A DNA stretch of 63,606 nucleotides, filler included, from Klebsormidium nitens (GCA_000708835.1; 8 parts of 8 records of this genome joined end to end with filler, not necessarily neighbours in it); one strand, 5' to 3'. Shown: positions 46,828 through 58,750, counted from the whole stretch's first letter. The notes: generated by a model not told the origin, from the sequence alone. Translations and numbers: made by a program.

Positions 46828-47328
46828 AATCGATGGCGCGAAGGTGTCCGAATGTCCGAGTTTTTTACGCTCCTTTTGAGGTCGAACATGCTTGATGACG
46901 TCAGCAAGCATTTGGCCAATGATAATCCTTCCTGTAGGTGATGACACGCAGGTGTCAGAGTGTCCGACGAACCTTTCCGAAGGCGGCCCCTCTAATGTTG
47001 TCAGCAGCCATGCCACCAATAATGTGCTATAATCAACGACGCAAAGGTGTCCAAGTGTCCGAGTTTCTGACATACCTTTTTGGGTCGAGCATGCTTGATG
47101 ACGTCAGCAGCCATGCTACCAGTAATGTGCTGTAATCAACGGCGCGAAGGTGTCCAAGTGTCCGAGTTTCTCACATACCTTTTTGGGTCGAGCATGCTTG
47201 ATGACGTCAGCAGCTATGCCACCAGTAATGTGCTGTAATCAACGGCGCGAAGGTGTCCGAGTGTCCGAGTTTCTCACGTACCTTTTTGGGTCGGGCATGC
47301 TTGATGACGTCAGCAGCCATGTGTGACG
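46828..47328. repeat. 103-bp tandem repeat, about 5 copies, running into a gap
   Basis: Unit AATCAACGGCGCGAAGGTGTCCAAGTGTCCGAG...TTTTTGGGTCGAGCATGCTTGATGACGTCAGCAG; TGACGTCA at 46896, 47099, 47202 and 47305. Confidence 0.95.
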
Positions 47329-47428
47329 NNNNNNNNNNNNNNNNNNNNNNNNNNNNNNNNNNNNNNNNNNNNTTAATTAATTAANNNNNNNNNNNNNNNN
47401 NNNNNNNNNNNNNNNNNNNNNNNNNNNN

Positions 47429-50400
47429 GTCCCAAACTCCGACAAAGCGAGAGTCCCCGTTCGGTTCGCAAACACGAAAACGGGTTCACTGAACCGGATT
47501 ACGACCAAGTATGCACTGTCTGACTCGAGGCCGTAGAAGATATCGCTGGGGCTGCCACGTGGCGTCATGGAGACCGTAGGACGCATATCATCGAACACAA
47601 ACTCAAAAGCGTCCGAACCGCTGTTTGGGCTGCCCAGACTGTCGGCACAGCTTCCGTGCAGTATCCGGACAGATACCGTTCCGTTCCGCCCGAACGGAAC
47701 GACGCGAAATGAGAACGCGGTACTCGAGGCGCTGTCCCCAGCACCGTCAATGCGTATCAAGGAGGACAGGTTGCTGACGTCATTCGGGGAGTTTGAGCCG
47801 CTAGGCGACGCGCGCGCGGCCGCGCTGGTCGAGCGACTCGCGTCGAGGAGATGTTCAGCTTTGCCGCCGGTCACTGAAATTCCGCTCAAATCGAACCCGG
47901 TTACTTCGCGGCTAAAAGTGACCGTGAACAGAATTGGCGAAGAGTTCGTGGCCCATGCAGCTTTGCTGCTGACGGCAGCGGCTGATGTCACGGTGACGGG
48001 CGTCAAGGCGCCGGCTGGAACTAGCGCCGCCTCCGGGGGTTTGGCTTGAAAAACAACGGACGCTTCCGCTGGAAAGTTCGGGTTTCCCGCTGCGTCTAGG
48101 CAGACCCCAGGGGGAACGCTTATGCCGATCGGCCCATCGCCTATGGGTGTGACCTCGATGGTATACTGCTGCGGATCCAAAGTGAAGAAGCTGTCCGGGT
48201 CAGGCACTGCCGCGCCGGCGACGATCACCTCGCATGACGTTACGCTGACGCAGGTGAAGCCGTTGCCTCCCCAGCAAGGCTTGCTGAATGAGACAGTAAC
48301 CGGAAACGGATTCCGCCGGACGGGTGAGTCGGGCACGGAGAGCTTAACATAAGCGCCCGTAAAGTCGGCGGTCCAAGAGAAGGCCAAAGCGGCGGCGACT
48401 CCGACAGCGTTTATGAAGCGAACGGTCGCCGCGTGCGGCCCCACTTTCAGGTTCGTAAACACGGCCTCGGCCCGGCTAGAATTGCTGACGTCACCGCAGG
48501 GGTAGGGGGCCAAGCCGTCCAGCGAGCAGTACGCGTTGCAGCCGTTACAGTCCGCAGATGCCGCGTTGGCGCGCGCGGAAAAGGCGACCGCTCCGCTGGG
48601 CGCGTTTCCGGCGGGTTTGCTGACGACGAAAACGACGGGAGCGCGCTGGTCCACCGTCCAGCGGAACACTGCTGGGGTCAGCGCGCGGTTGCCGGCCGCG
48701 TCCACGGAAACCACGATTATGACGTGGGCAGTGACCGAGTCCGCTAACCCGAGGTTTGTAAAGATGACCGGGTTGATGCAGGGCTGGAAGGGGTCCGAAT
48801 CCAGGGCGCATTCGTACGCGCACTGTCCGCAGGTGGTCTGGACGCCGTTGACCGTGTCGTTCGCTGAGAAGGAGAACTGGGCGGTCGACGTGCCGGTAAT
48901 GAAAGAGGGGCCGGACTGAATGGATACCGTGGGCGAAATCGTGTCAACAACCCATCTGCGAAAAGAAAAAGCGCTCGTTGGGAAATCCAACAGGACTTTG
49001 ATCTGTGTGTGGTACGGAAAGTTGAACCACAAAACGGTCCTTGAGCTATCTTGGACATCCTACCTGAGCAGCTATTCTTATGAGAGGAGCGTTGGTGATA
49101 GATATTACTTGAAAGTCATTCTTGATGTCTCTATCGAAAAAGGTACAATTTTGCGAAGGACTGAGATCTGATGACCTGCTAATAGCGATGCACGACCTCG
49201 CCTCAGTTGAAAGTATTACGGCTTTGAATTTCAAAACGGATCCTTAAAACTAGCCACCGACTTCGGTGCAGAACACGAGTCTCAGGTTCCCACCAGAGTA
49301 AGTGCGACCTCAGATCTCTCCTGGTCTACAACGCTTTTAGGTTGGACTTGCAACGGAGTCTCCGTTTTTCGTCCTTGGAATGTGCTTTTCCAAAGATTCT
49401 CGAATCAAAGTTGAACGAGCCGAGAAAAGTGCCCTTGGTTCGGCATCGCGCGCTTACTCGTATGGCACAGACAGAGTCGACGCGCCCTGGACGTCCGTGA
49501 CGCGCACCACCAAGCTGTGCGTCCCCTGCTGTAACGCCAAGAGCTTCAGCGGCGTTGCTGCGTTACACCCCACGAACGGCCCGCTGTTGAGCTGGCACTG
49601 GTAAGTGCACCCGACGCAAGGAACGTTCCGTAGCGTTCCCGTGAACGTGACCTCAGCGGACGTCTTATTGGTTGCCGCGAAAAGCGGCGGCCCCGAGATG
49701 ACGCTCGCGAGCGGCAGGCTGAAGTTGACCTGCCACCTGTAAACTGCGGGGGCGCCCACGTTGCCGAAGATGTCGTCAGCTTGCACCGAGAAAGTGTGCA
49801 TGCCCTCGTATAGGTTTGCCAACGTCACGCGGCTGCTCGGGTCGCATAACCGGGGGGTGGCTCCGTCGAGAGCGCAGGAGAAAAGGCACCCGGGGCACGG
49901 AACGGGCTGCCCGGCGGAACCGGAAGAGTTGGTGCCCGGAACGATCGCACCAAACGAGAAGATTGCGTTCGAAAGTGCGGTCGAGGCGGGTGGATAATAG
50001 AAGATGCCCACGGTTGGGCCAACCAGGTCAGCGGTCCAGTTATAGGACAGACTGGAAGTCAGGACCCCGTCGGGGTCGGTGGTTTGTACCGAGAAGGTGT
50101 GAGCGCCGTTGGAGACGTTCCTACAAGAAACAGGAGGAACGACCCTAAGAAAGCCTCTTCAAGAACTCCAAGCTATGGCTGCCAAAATCGTGGCCACAGA
50201 ATGTGCTCTCCTGCATTCATAACTGCATCAGCCAAACAAGCTTCGTGGCACTGCTTCCCGTCTTCACTGCGTCGTTGTGAGTGCTGTGTAAAGAACGACT
50301 GCCTCTCCAGTATTCAGAACATCACGCTAAGATTGTAGAGAAAAGGTTTCGTTCCAAAGACACCGTTCAAACGCTCTGAGCATTCTAGTACCTGTGATTA

Positions 50401-53400
50401 TCAGGTGAATCTCCCCACACGAACGGTCCGTTGACCTTGCCAGCTTCTTTGGATGCAGAGCAACAAAAGGCTTCCTTCTCCCCCATAGATCCACTGGGCA
50501 GTCTAAATGCCCATCCTTCCGTCTCATCTCCGGTAAGAACAAGCAGACATGTGATGCTAATGCAGGAGTTCGAGATCTGAACCCTCCAAATGGATCATCT
50601 TACACACTTCCAACCATGACTCTCACCTGTAAACCGTGCCGCTCGCAATTCCACTTCCTTGTGAGCAGGACTGCCACGTGGCCTGATCCAACCGGCACAG
50701 AAAGGTACACGTGACGCATCGGACGGCGGACCCCGCGATGGTCGCGGCGAACTGGAAGCGCGCGGTGCTGGTGCCGGTAATGGGCGCGGGCGCGAGCGTT
50801 AGTTGCGCCTTGGGAGGAGTCAGGTCTACCTGCGAGCTACGTCAGAGTTGTTCCTGTGACGCGAAAAAGTCTCGCTGTGATGTCGGAACTCAATACGGCC
50901 ACAAAAATCAGTTGAGCGGGCAGTTCGAAGACTTTGCAGCGAAAACGGAAGTGTTCTTCGTAGCCCATAAAGCGGATGTCACTGCAGTCGACTTGGAAGG
51001 ACAAATCATCAGAATTGTCCCAGAATTGTCCTTCCAAGGGTTGCTACGAGCACAAAAGCCGTTGGAGGTGTAGACCGACCTGAAACGGTCTTTCCATGAA
51101 CTTTCTGCCCTGGCCATCTCAAAATCAACGTGCCTTCTGAGTATCCAGTCTCGTTGGATCCTGATACATGGGTGAGAGCCAGATAGCAAGGCAATCTAGG
51201 CTTGCTCCTTACCACGACAAACCGTTCAACCGGCACCGCCTCTTCGTTCCCGGCCGCGTCAATACTTCGCGCCGCAAAAACATGCTGCCCCGGCTGCAGA
51301 AAGTACCTCATGGGCTGGCCCTGATGACACGTGGCAAACGCTCCGCCGTCGATGCTACATTGGACGGTGCACGCAGGACAAACCAACGACGTAGACCCGT
51401 CCGACGACTGGTCTCGGACAGTGACGTTGAACTGGACGTTTTGCAGACTCGTTAGCCGATCCGTTGGGGCGTTGCTGGTCACGCGGGTTACGGGCGGGGT
51501 TGAGTCAATAACCCATGTGTAACTCGTGGGGGCGCTGCTTAAACCGAGCGGGTCGAACGCGTCAACGGAAAAAGTGTGGGGCCCCTCCCCGGGAGCGGAC
51601 ACGTTTACCGAGTAGCTTAGAAGGTTAAGGACCTGGTTAAAGATCGGCGAACCCGGATTTGCGCATGCTGGCTGTGTCTGGCCATCCACAGTGCAGTGGA
51701 AGGTGCAACCGGAGCAGTTACCTCCCATTCCGTCCCTCGCGTAGAAGCGGAACTCCGCGGACGGATCCCTCGTTGAGGGGGGCGGACCGGAGACGATTCC
51801 GACAGTGGGAACGAGCCGGGGGGGTGAAGACAGGGCTGGTAGTGGGGGGGAGATAAGTGTTGAGCTCGAGGGAAGGGGGGCAGAGACGGGCGGCTGTGGT
51901 GGGGGGGGCGGCGCCAGCGGCGCCTGCATGCTGACGTAATACACCGTCGTGTAGGACAGGCTCTCTGACGTCACCGTGATCTGCAGAACGGAGCGGCCGA
52001 ACGGAACCGGAACGGTCTGGCTGATCTTCCCGACGGCAGCTTTTCCGGCGCCGATTGACACCAACGCAGCCGTGTCGTTTGTGGCTGCGAACAGAGTCGC
52101 TACGCCCCCCCCGGAAGCGAAAGTCGCAGAGTAGTTGAGGGAGTTTGGTGTGAATGGGGGGGAGACAAGGCCGGGCGTGAGGAAGAGGATCTGCAGCGAC
52201 GCGTCGGTCCCTTGGAGAATGGCCGTCCGGAAAAAGTAGACCCTGGTAGAAGCGCCGTTGGAGGCCTGTAAAATGAAAAGGTGGTTCAAGGTCAACGCGC
52301 ATGGTTCACGAAACTGCCAACAAATGTTTCCCGGAAGTCTCACCTGCAAAGCATGGAGTCCAGCTTTACGTGTGGTGGCCTTTTCGACGTTGATGAGTCG
52401 TCCTGAGACACTAAATATGAGTGCCAAAAGGGGCTGAGCCTGGTCGAGCGCATTGCAAGCGTCTCACTTTTGAGTACGAACACTTCGTTTTCACGGAAAA
52501 ATAAATATTTTTAAAGGAGAGAATTGCATCTTCAAATCACATGTTGAAGGAAGCAAGAACGCCTGCGAACGAGCAATGAACCGATCACTCTATTCAAAGA
52601 GGTTGCGAAGCAGCACAACGCACCGTGACTGTGAGGGCCAAGATTCCGCCGGAAGTCGCAGCGAACGGATCGGATGTCACCCCACTGGTCAAAGCCGGGG
52701 TTCCGCCGGAAGGCAAGGCGACGGAAATGGTGGCTCCGGGGTCGGCAGAAACTGCCGTGACGGTAATCGCTTGCACGTCCTTCGCCACGAAAATGGAGTA
52801 CAGGGTTCCTGAGGAAAATGGTAACCCGTTATGAGATCCTACCTTGGATTGCTGAAATCATAAATGAGCGTGGAACTGAAAAGAGGGTCCGAATCCTCCT
52901 GATCATGACTGCTTCGAATGACTGACATGACAATCTCTTGATCCGGGAACTGATTCCAGAGGGTCAACTTGAGGCAAATACATCCTACAGAGTGCAAAGT
53001 CTGTGGCAACTGACGAAATGCAATGAACAGGGCCACAATACGCGCGCGTAGCAGCTTGACACGATCGAACGCTCTGAGCTTGCCTGAATAATCTCAAGCT
53101 GGATGCCTGACATCTAGATCCCTACAATATCTTTCTGTAACTCGCTTTTTCCGCCATCTACTTGCAGGCTGGTCTCAGCTTGAGTCGTCTAGGACTGGGC
53201 TTCCGTAGTACCTTTTGATCCTGATTTGCTGCCGTTTCCTTTTGGTCTTGTAGTGCTGATCACATGCCCATCGGTCAGATGAACGATACTCACCAGACGG
53301 GCTGAAGTTCGGGAAGAGTATGGCACTCGTCTCAAAGGTCAGAAGCGTCGCAGCTGGTGGAGGTACCGGAGGGGGCGGCTGGTGGGGGCGGGCTCGGAAG

Positions 53401-53654
53401 GGGGGGGGCGGCGAGTCTGGAGGCGGCAGGTTGGGTGGGGGCTCGAACGGGGGGCGGGTGAGGTGGCAGGTTTGGAAGGGTTGGGTTAGGAGGGGGTGGG
53501 CTAGGAGGAGGCGGGTTTGGGGGAGGCGGGTTTGGGAGGGGGTGGGCTCGGAGGAGGCGGGTTAGGAGGGGGTGGGTTAGGAGGCGGCTTAAGAGGCGGT
53601 GGATTCGGTGGTGGGTTTGGCGGGGCCGGGTTTGGAGGGGGTTTTGGCGGTGGT
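47429..53654 (-). CDS. Large probably extracellular protein: Pro-rich stretches, cadherin-like beta-sandwich modules, 7 Cys-rich Ig-like repeats and bacterial-Ig-like domains; partial at both ends
   Basis: Exons 53654-53294, 52808-52624, 52265-51213, 50829-50627, 50120-49458, 48955-47429 join in phase. Module W..D..PP...F.F...CxxCxxxC.(L/I/V)(D/N)......C...L..G.H.F.V...D..G recurs seven times. An apparent 1-nt frameshift near 53530 in the G-rich tract may be a sequencing error. Confidence 0.85.
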
Positions 53655-53754
53655 NNNNNNNNNNNNNNNNNNNNNNNNNNNNNNNNNNNNNNNNNNNNTT
53701 AATTAATTAANNNNNNNNNNNNNNNNNNNNNNNNNNNNNNNNNNNNNNNNNNNN

Positions 53755-53953
53755 GGGAATGTTGGGCATCGGTGACAGGTCGGCAAACACGCCTGCCGCC
53801 CAGCAATGCTCCGTGCCGCGCAAGTGCCGGGGTCACACCGTGCCGCGCACAACCTGCCGCTCGGCGGACACTGAGCGCAGACCAAAGGCTTCGGCGCCCC
53901 AGCGGCGGCGCTCCGGCACGTTCGTGATAGCAGGCAAAAGGTGCGGCACCATA
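53755..53953. repeat. TGCCG-rich repeat segment at a contig end; similar segments at 435-572 and 27650-27792
   Basis: Dense TGCCG/CGGCA words in all three segments, each ending at an N gap. Confidence 0.6.
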
Positions 53954-54075
53954 GACCGTTAGGCCTAGGCGAGACCCCCTTTTTCCGATGAACTCGTCAC
54001 GGCATAGACGATTGATTCTAGCAATGCTATTGCACCGTAGATGTATACTCTAGATTGCACAAACCATATTGTACT

Positions 54076-54504
54076 TTAAGATTCTGCATTCGGTAAGCTT
54101 GCGAAATGACCGTTAATGGGATTAACGGGTTTGAGCAGTAGACGCACTGCTGCATGCCTTAACAATACTTCGATTTCATGATCGTAGACTACTGCATCTT
54201 CGAAGATGATGGTATAGCTTTGATATTGTTCGACTGGAAGTGTCAGCTCTGTAAGCCGTTCCTTGAGGCCGTTCAATGTGAATGTATCAAGTGTTCTATT
54301 TTCTCGTAGATCTGCCGTTTGACGCACTAGAAGCGCTAGGCCTATGCTAACTATATCCGCACTTTTCAGCACAAGTTCAAATCGTAGTACCTGCTTGTAG
54401 CAATCTATCATTGTACCATTTGACAATTTTTTGCATCGATCTAGATCGATTGCTCTACCAAGTAAATCATCATCACCAGGCCCCACTTCTTTCAGAGATT
54501 TCAA
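54076..54504 (-). CDS. Hypothetical intronless protein in an AT-richer virus-like cluster
   Basis: 142-codon ORF in a visibly lower-GC block, co-oriented with its neighbours; no domain recognised. Confidence 0.4.
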   Translation of the reverse strand: MKSLKEVGPGDDDLLGRAIDLDRCKKLSNGTMIDCYKQVLRFELVLKSADIVSIGLALLVRQTADLRENRTLDTFTLNGLKERLTELTLPVEQYQSYTIIFEDAVVYDHEIEVLLRHAAVRLLLKPVNPINGHFASLPNAES

Positions 54505-54846
54505 AGAGCGCGCATTGGTCGTAAGCTACGACATTGGATCGTAGAGTTGTGTATACTCTACTGAATGGAAATTTATGATGAAGGAATGTTCGAGAATAAC
54601 CACGACCCGTTTGAAGAGCGGAGTATTGTTCAACAGTCCTAGAATACACTTCAAGGCTACAATAACTTCAATAGAAAGAGTCAACAAGCACTATAAACAT
54701 CGAAGTCGACTCTTCAGCATAAGCTGTGATTTTTCAAAGTGGATCGATAGCGTGAGTCGACAAGAAAAAGGGGTTCTGAATATGTTCTAGATATCGTTCG
54801 AGCACTATTTGAATCAAATAATGTATGTCTATTGTGTTGAGACTCT

Positions 54847-55395
54847 TCAAGTCTCTGAATGCGTACTCTTCCTCGACGGAGTTTTTTTCGGCTTAGACGG
54901 AGAATCGTTTTTGAAAATTGTCTTGCTCTTCATGCCTTTCTCATTCGAGCTTGTGTTTTTGGGGGTTGTCTTAGTCGTTTTCGACAAAGATTTTAGTTTT
55001 GTTGTACCACAGAAATTCCAATCCAACAATGTATCCACCGAGAACTTTCTTGTGGACGTGCGATATGTTCCAGTAAAAGCGAGACCAGTTGGTTGATCTG
55101 GCTTTTTTAGAAGTTCGATATCTACTTGGTATGCAAATATTCTACCCGCCGAATTGCGTGTTGTTTCGACAAGTAAGACATAGTAGACTAGAGGTGCTCG
55201 ACTGCGCGTGCTAGTTGCCGTTGACTTCAAGCTTCGATACAACATTGATGTCACTGTTGCACCTGCTTGAAGAGGACGACCACTTTCACGATTGATCTCT
55301 ATTCGAGCATCTCGTACTTTGTCGGTCACATTTGCCTTGCAAGTGCCTGAAAAAGCGGACTCGACTCTGAATGAACGAATACCGGAAGCCATCAC
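54847..55395 (-). CDS. Hypothetical intronless protein with a Lys/Ser/Thr-rich C-terminus
   Basis: 182-codon ORF with a beta-rich-looking core and a basic tail; no domain recognised. Confidence 0.45.
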   Translation of the reverse strand: MMASGIRSFRVESAFSGTCKANVTDKVRDARIEINRESGRPLQAGATVTSMLYRSLKSTATSTRSRAPLVYYVLLVETTRNSAGRIFAYQVDIELLKKPDQPTGLAFTGTYRTSTRKFSVDTLLDWNFCGTTKLKSLSKTTKTTPKNTSSNEKGMKSKTIFKNDSPSKPKKTPSRKSTHSET

Positions 55396-55454
55396 GTATA
55401 AGTGTCTTCGAATATTGCAAAGAGAAAAGTTTTGCTATCTGTCTCGTGACCCAC

Positions 55455-56335
55455 CTATGTATCCTCGCCACGAGAGTCTCGTTCCCCCCAAAATAACGCG
55501 CACTTGAGGCGGGACGGAGCGGCCCTCTTGCCAGGCAGGAGGTTGATGATGGTCACCAGGCCCCGTGCACCGGTGACCGGGGTTGGGCGCTGACCAGTTC
55601 CCTCAAATTTGAGGTTGTCTACCAGGGATACAACCTCCGGATTTTGCAATTTGATGTTCTTCCAAGTTTGACGTGGATTGTTGACTCCAGTCACGCTGCC
55701 AATGACGTCCAGAACGCTCACTCTCGGCAGGGTCTTGCTCGTTTTTCCAATCTTCATGCCCTCGCCCAGGCCTTCCCCGCAAATAATCATCTGTTTGAGG
55801 CCTTCCACAACCTTAGGCCCCTCGACCTTGAGGAAATCGGCCACGAGCCTCGCGCACTCCGAGCGGAAGTCGTCTGCAGTGCTCTTTTGCCGTCAAGGAG
55901 GCCGACTATCTTGTCGAATTTGCTGGCATGCAGGAGCGGGCTCTCTTTGTGGCCGCTGAAGCGTGTGACCCTCGAGATCCAGGTCGTCACCGCCCTCGTC
56001 GAGTTCGTAGAGCAGATCGGACAAGATTGGCAGTGGGTTGTACGTATCCCCACACGTGATAACAATCAGTCTGCGGCGCTGATTCCAGGACAGGGCCGGT
56101 CGACCTTGCGGATGACAGATTCGTCGAACACTTCTCCTTCCATGATCAAGCGGCTCTTTGCGATGCGGATGCTGAGCAACCAGATGTAAAGACGGTCATA
56201 TTTCTTTGACCTCATGATATCCTCGTTTCCGCGACATGCCGCAGCCAACAAATTGTGGTAATGCACTTTCGAATAAGCACTTGTTGATTTGAGAAAAGTG
56301 CACTTTTCTCTAACAAATGCCTTGGCCGCTAGCAT
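55455..56335 (-). pseudogene. Tandem BRO-N-like DNA-binding domain gene, large-DNA-virus type; one stop and one frameshift
   Basis: Second unit PRVSVLDVIGSVTG..NPRQTWKNIKLQNPEV...KFEGTGQRPTPVTGARGLVTIINLLPGKRA. First unit IRKVDRPCPGISAAD*LLSRV...KIVGLLDGKRAL shares one frame across the TGA at 56066-56068, then shifts frame near 55845. Confidence 0.65.
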
Positions 56336-57129
56336 TTTTCAACATATAATTGTTGGGTAACATTTCGTTGTCATTATTTTCTGACATCAATGGTTGATAT
56401 AAACAGGTCAGCACGTCTGATCGTGTGAAAATTATTGTCGAAACACTAATGTATGCCAATAAGTATGGATGCCTTGCGTCAGCTGTTCACTGACAACATT
56501 CGAACTTNNNNNNNNNNNNNNNNNNNNNNNNNNNNNNNNNNNNNNNNNNNNTTAATTAATTAANNNNNNNNNNNNNNNNNNNNNNNNNNNNNNNNNNNNN
56601 NNNNNNNACATCCAACGGACTTCCTACGAGCCACTGCAATTTGGTTGTGAGTCTCAAGGTTAGCCGGTGCGGGTGTTGCGAGGGTTGCCTTGAATGTTAG
56701 CACGCTACTTCCAATCTTAACTTGTTCAATTGCATTACAACTTCATCCTTGCTTTTCACAAGCTGGACATGCCAGCTACCCTATTTGAATGAAAGTCTTG
56801 GGTGAACAATGCCGCTTGAATGAGCTTTGAACGGAAGTCCGTGGTAGGAAGCAGCTTGCTTGGGTCAACATTAGATGGAGTCGAGAGGATTTCTGCATTT
56901 CAGCTTTCAGTTCAGTTGGTTCGGAAGGAAAGGGAACTTGCATTGATTGGATCAGCGCTAGCAGCACCAGGCGAGCCTGGAGTTGACAGTATTGCTTGGG
57001 AATTGGATAATTTGGAAATTTCAGTAGCAATCCAGGAGAGAATTGACCAACAACTTCCAGACGTATATCAAGAAACAGGATTGGTAGGAAACTTCAGCGG
57101 ACAGCCATTTCAATATCGGACGTGAGACT

Positions 57130-58750
57130 CAGATCTTTGTGGGATTGAACAACTGTATTCGGATCTCGGACATTACACCGGTCCAATTTTTGAGCTATGG
57201 GGGACTGTTCTGTGTCCATTGTGCAACACCCCAGCTCAGGATTGGGACGACATGTTCAGTTTCATCCTGTTAACTCAGCCTCTCAGGACAACCTTTTCGG
57301 ATAATCCTGGGGGACCCCGCGTCAAAACTAGTCAGTTGACTGTCCAGAAGGATCTCTGGAAGCCAGTGGTGGCCGGAGTCATACGGCGCCATTTCACAGC
57401 GAACGGGGTTTCTTGTGCCCGCTCCGCCCTTTTATTCTTGGATATCTCAGGATTTTACTTGGTGAATGTCCCCTGCCAGTGTGCATCGGACCGTCCGCAG
57501 CAGCGCGCAGCTACTAACAGCATTCTTCCACGTACATAATTTTAATTGGGAAGAGACCGCAAAAGGTGTCCCTGGACTCTTGGAACGTGTCAACGCCCCA
57601 CTTAGCCCCGCAGCCAAGAGCCGCCGGAGCTCAGTCCCCAGCCTATCCAACACTCCCCCACCTTCTCCCCAACATCCCAGCCAGCTCCAGTGTAACCACT
57701 GCGGGCCAGACTCATCCCCTCACTCTTCAGATCAGTGCCCTGGACGGCCGTCCAGAGCCTTCCGCAGCAGCCTGAAGGTCAATATCAGCGCTAACACCCA
57801 ACAGGGCCAGCGCAAGCCGACTCCGGGACAGCGCCGCTCGAGAGGCCCAAGCCAACAACATCGACCAGACGCGGCTGCAACATGCAGTCACCCGAGCGGA
57901 TACCCTGTTTGCGGGACACGTAGCCCTGGACGGCACCAAAGTTGTTGAGCGTCACCGCTTCGCAGCCCGGAAGGCCAAGCTCCAACACCGCTACGTCACC
58001 ACCACTGGCAGCGTGGGGTGTACGAGGCTATCAGGGAAATCCCTGAGATCCTTCCCCCCAAGTGGCGTCAACAGCGGAACAAGCACCTCGCTTGCCCGCC
58101 CAACACGTCACGCCGCCTGCCCACTACCCGGGTGCCTAAGCATGCGCCTCCCCCAGTAGTCCACAACCCCACCTGGCGTAAGCAGCACCGTGCCGACACT
58201 CCCAGGCCCCCAGGCTTTGGAGACAATTGGCGCCGTGCACTTTGCCCCCGCGGCAAGGCTGCATCAGGGTCCGGTGTACCAGACCCAACCCATTTTCATA
58301 AGGCCGGACAAGACGACGTACAAGGGCCCCTACCAGCCGGCTCCCTACCGTCCGCCCCAGCTTTTTCCCAAGTACCCGCAGTACCGTCAGCCGTACCCTC
58401 AGCAGTACCAGCAACAGCCGTTCCGGAAGCTGACCTGGAAGTCCAACAACTACTACGAGCCCCTGAACTAGGGACAAGGTAATACGGAAATCCAGAAAGG
58501 TGTTGCCTTTCTGTTGTGCCAGTTATTGATGATTGTTGTTTGACCGGTGGGATTAAACCCAAATTACCCGAAGCTACAATCAGTTGGACTGAGAGTATTT
58601 CTATTATTGTATCTGGCTGCCATGTTATTGACTGCGCAGGAACATACTTGGACCAGAGGCATTGGATGCACAGCCAAGTGCCGCTCTCTTATCGCCGTGG
58701 AAATCACCCCACTTGATAAGGATTCTTGTTTGCCCGGACAGTATTCTAAC
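57130..58750 (+). pseudogene. Degenerate retrotransposon gag-like region with Cys/His knuckles and a possible protease remnant
   Basis: Frameshifted segments TPAQDW, SQLTVQK..V...IRRHF, CNHCGPDSSPHSSDQC, PVCGTRSPGRHQSC, a Pro/Gln/Tyr-rich stretch, then VIDCAGT. Confidence 0.45.

Noticed and set aside
53320-53702. Gly-rich + strand ORFs
   Set aside because: Antisense shadow of the Pro-rich exon on the - strand. The same applies to + strand ORFs over 47.5-52.8 kb and many short shadow ORFs elsewhere.
42836-56400. Capsid, packaging ATPase or PolB genes that would define a Polinton-like virus or virophage
   Set aside because: No ORF shows recognisable motifs. Absence is not proven because of the gaps and the unassigned ORFs.
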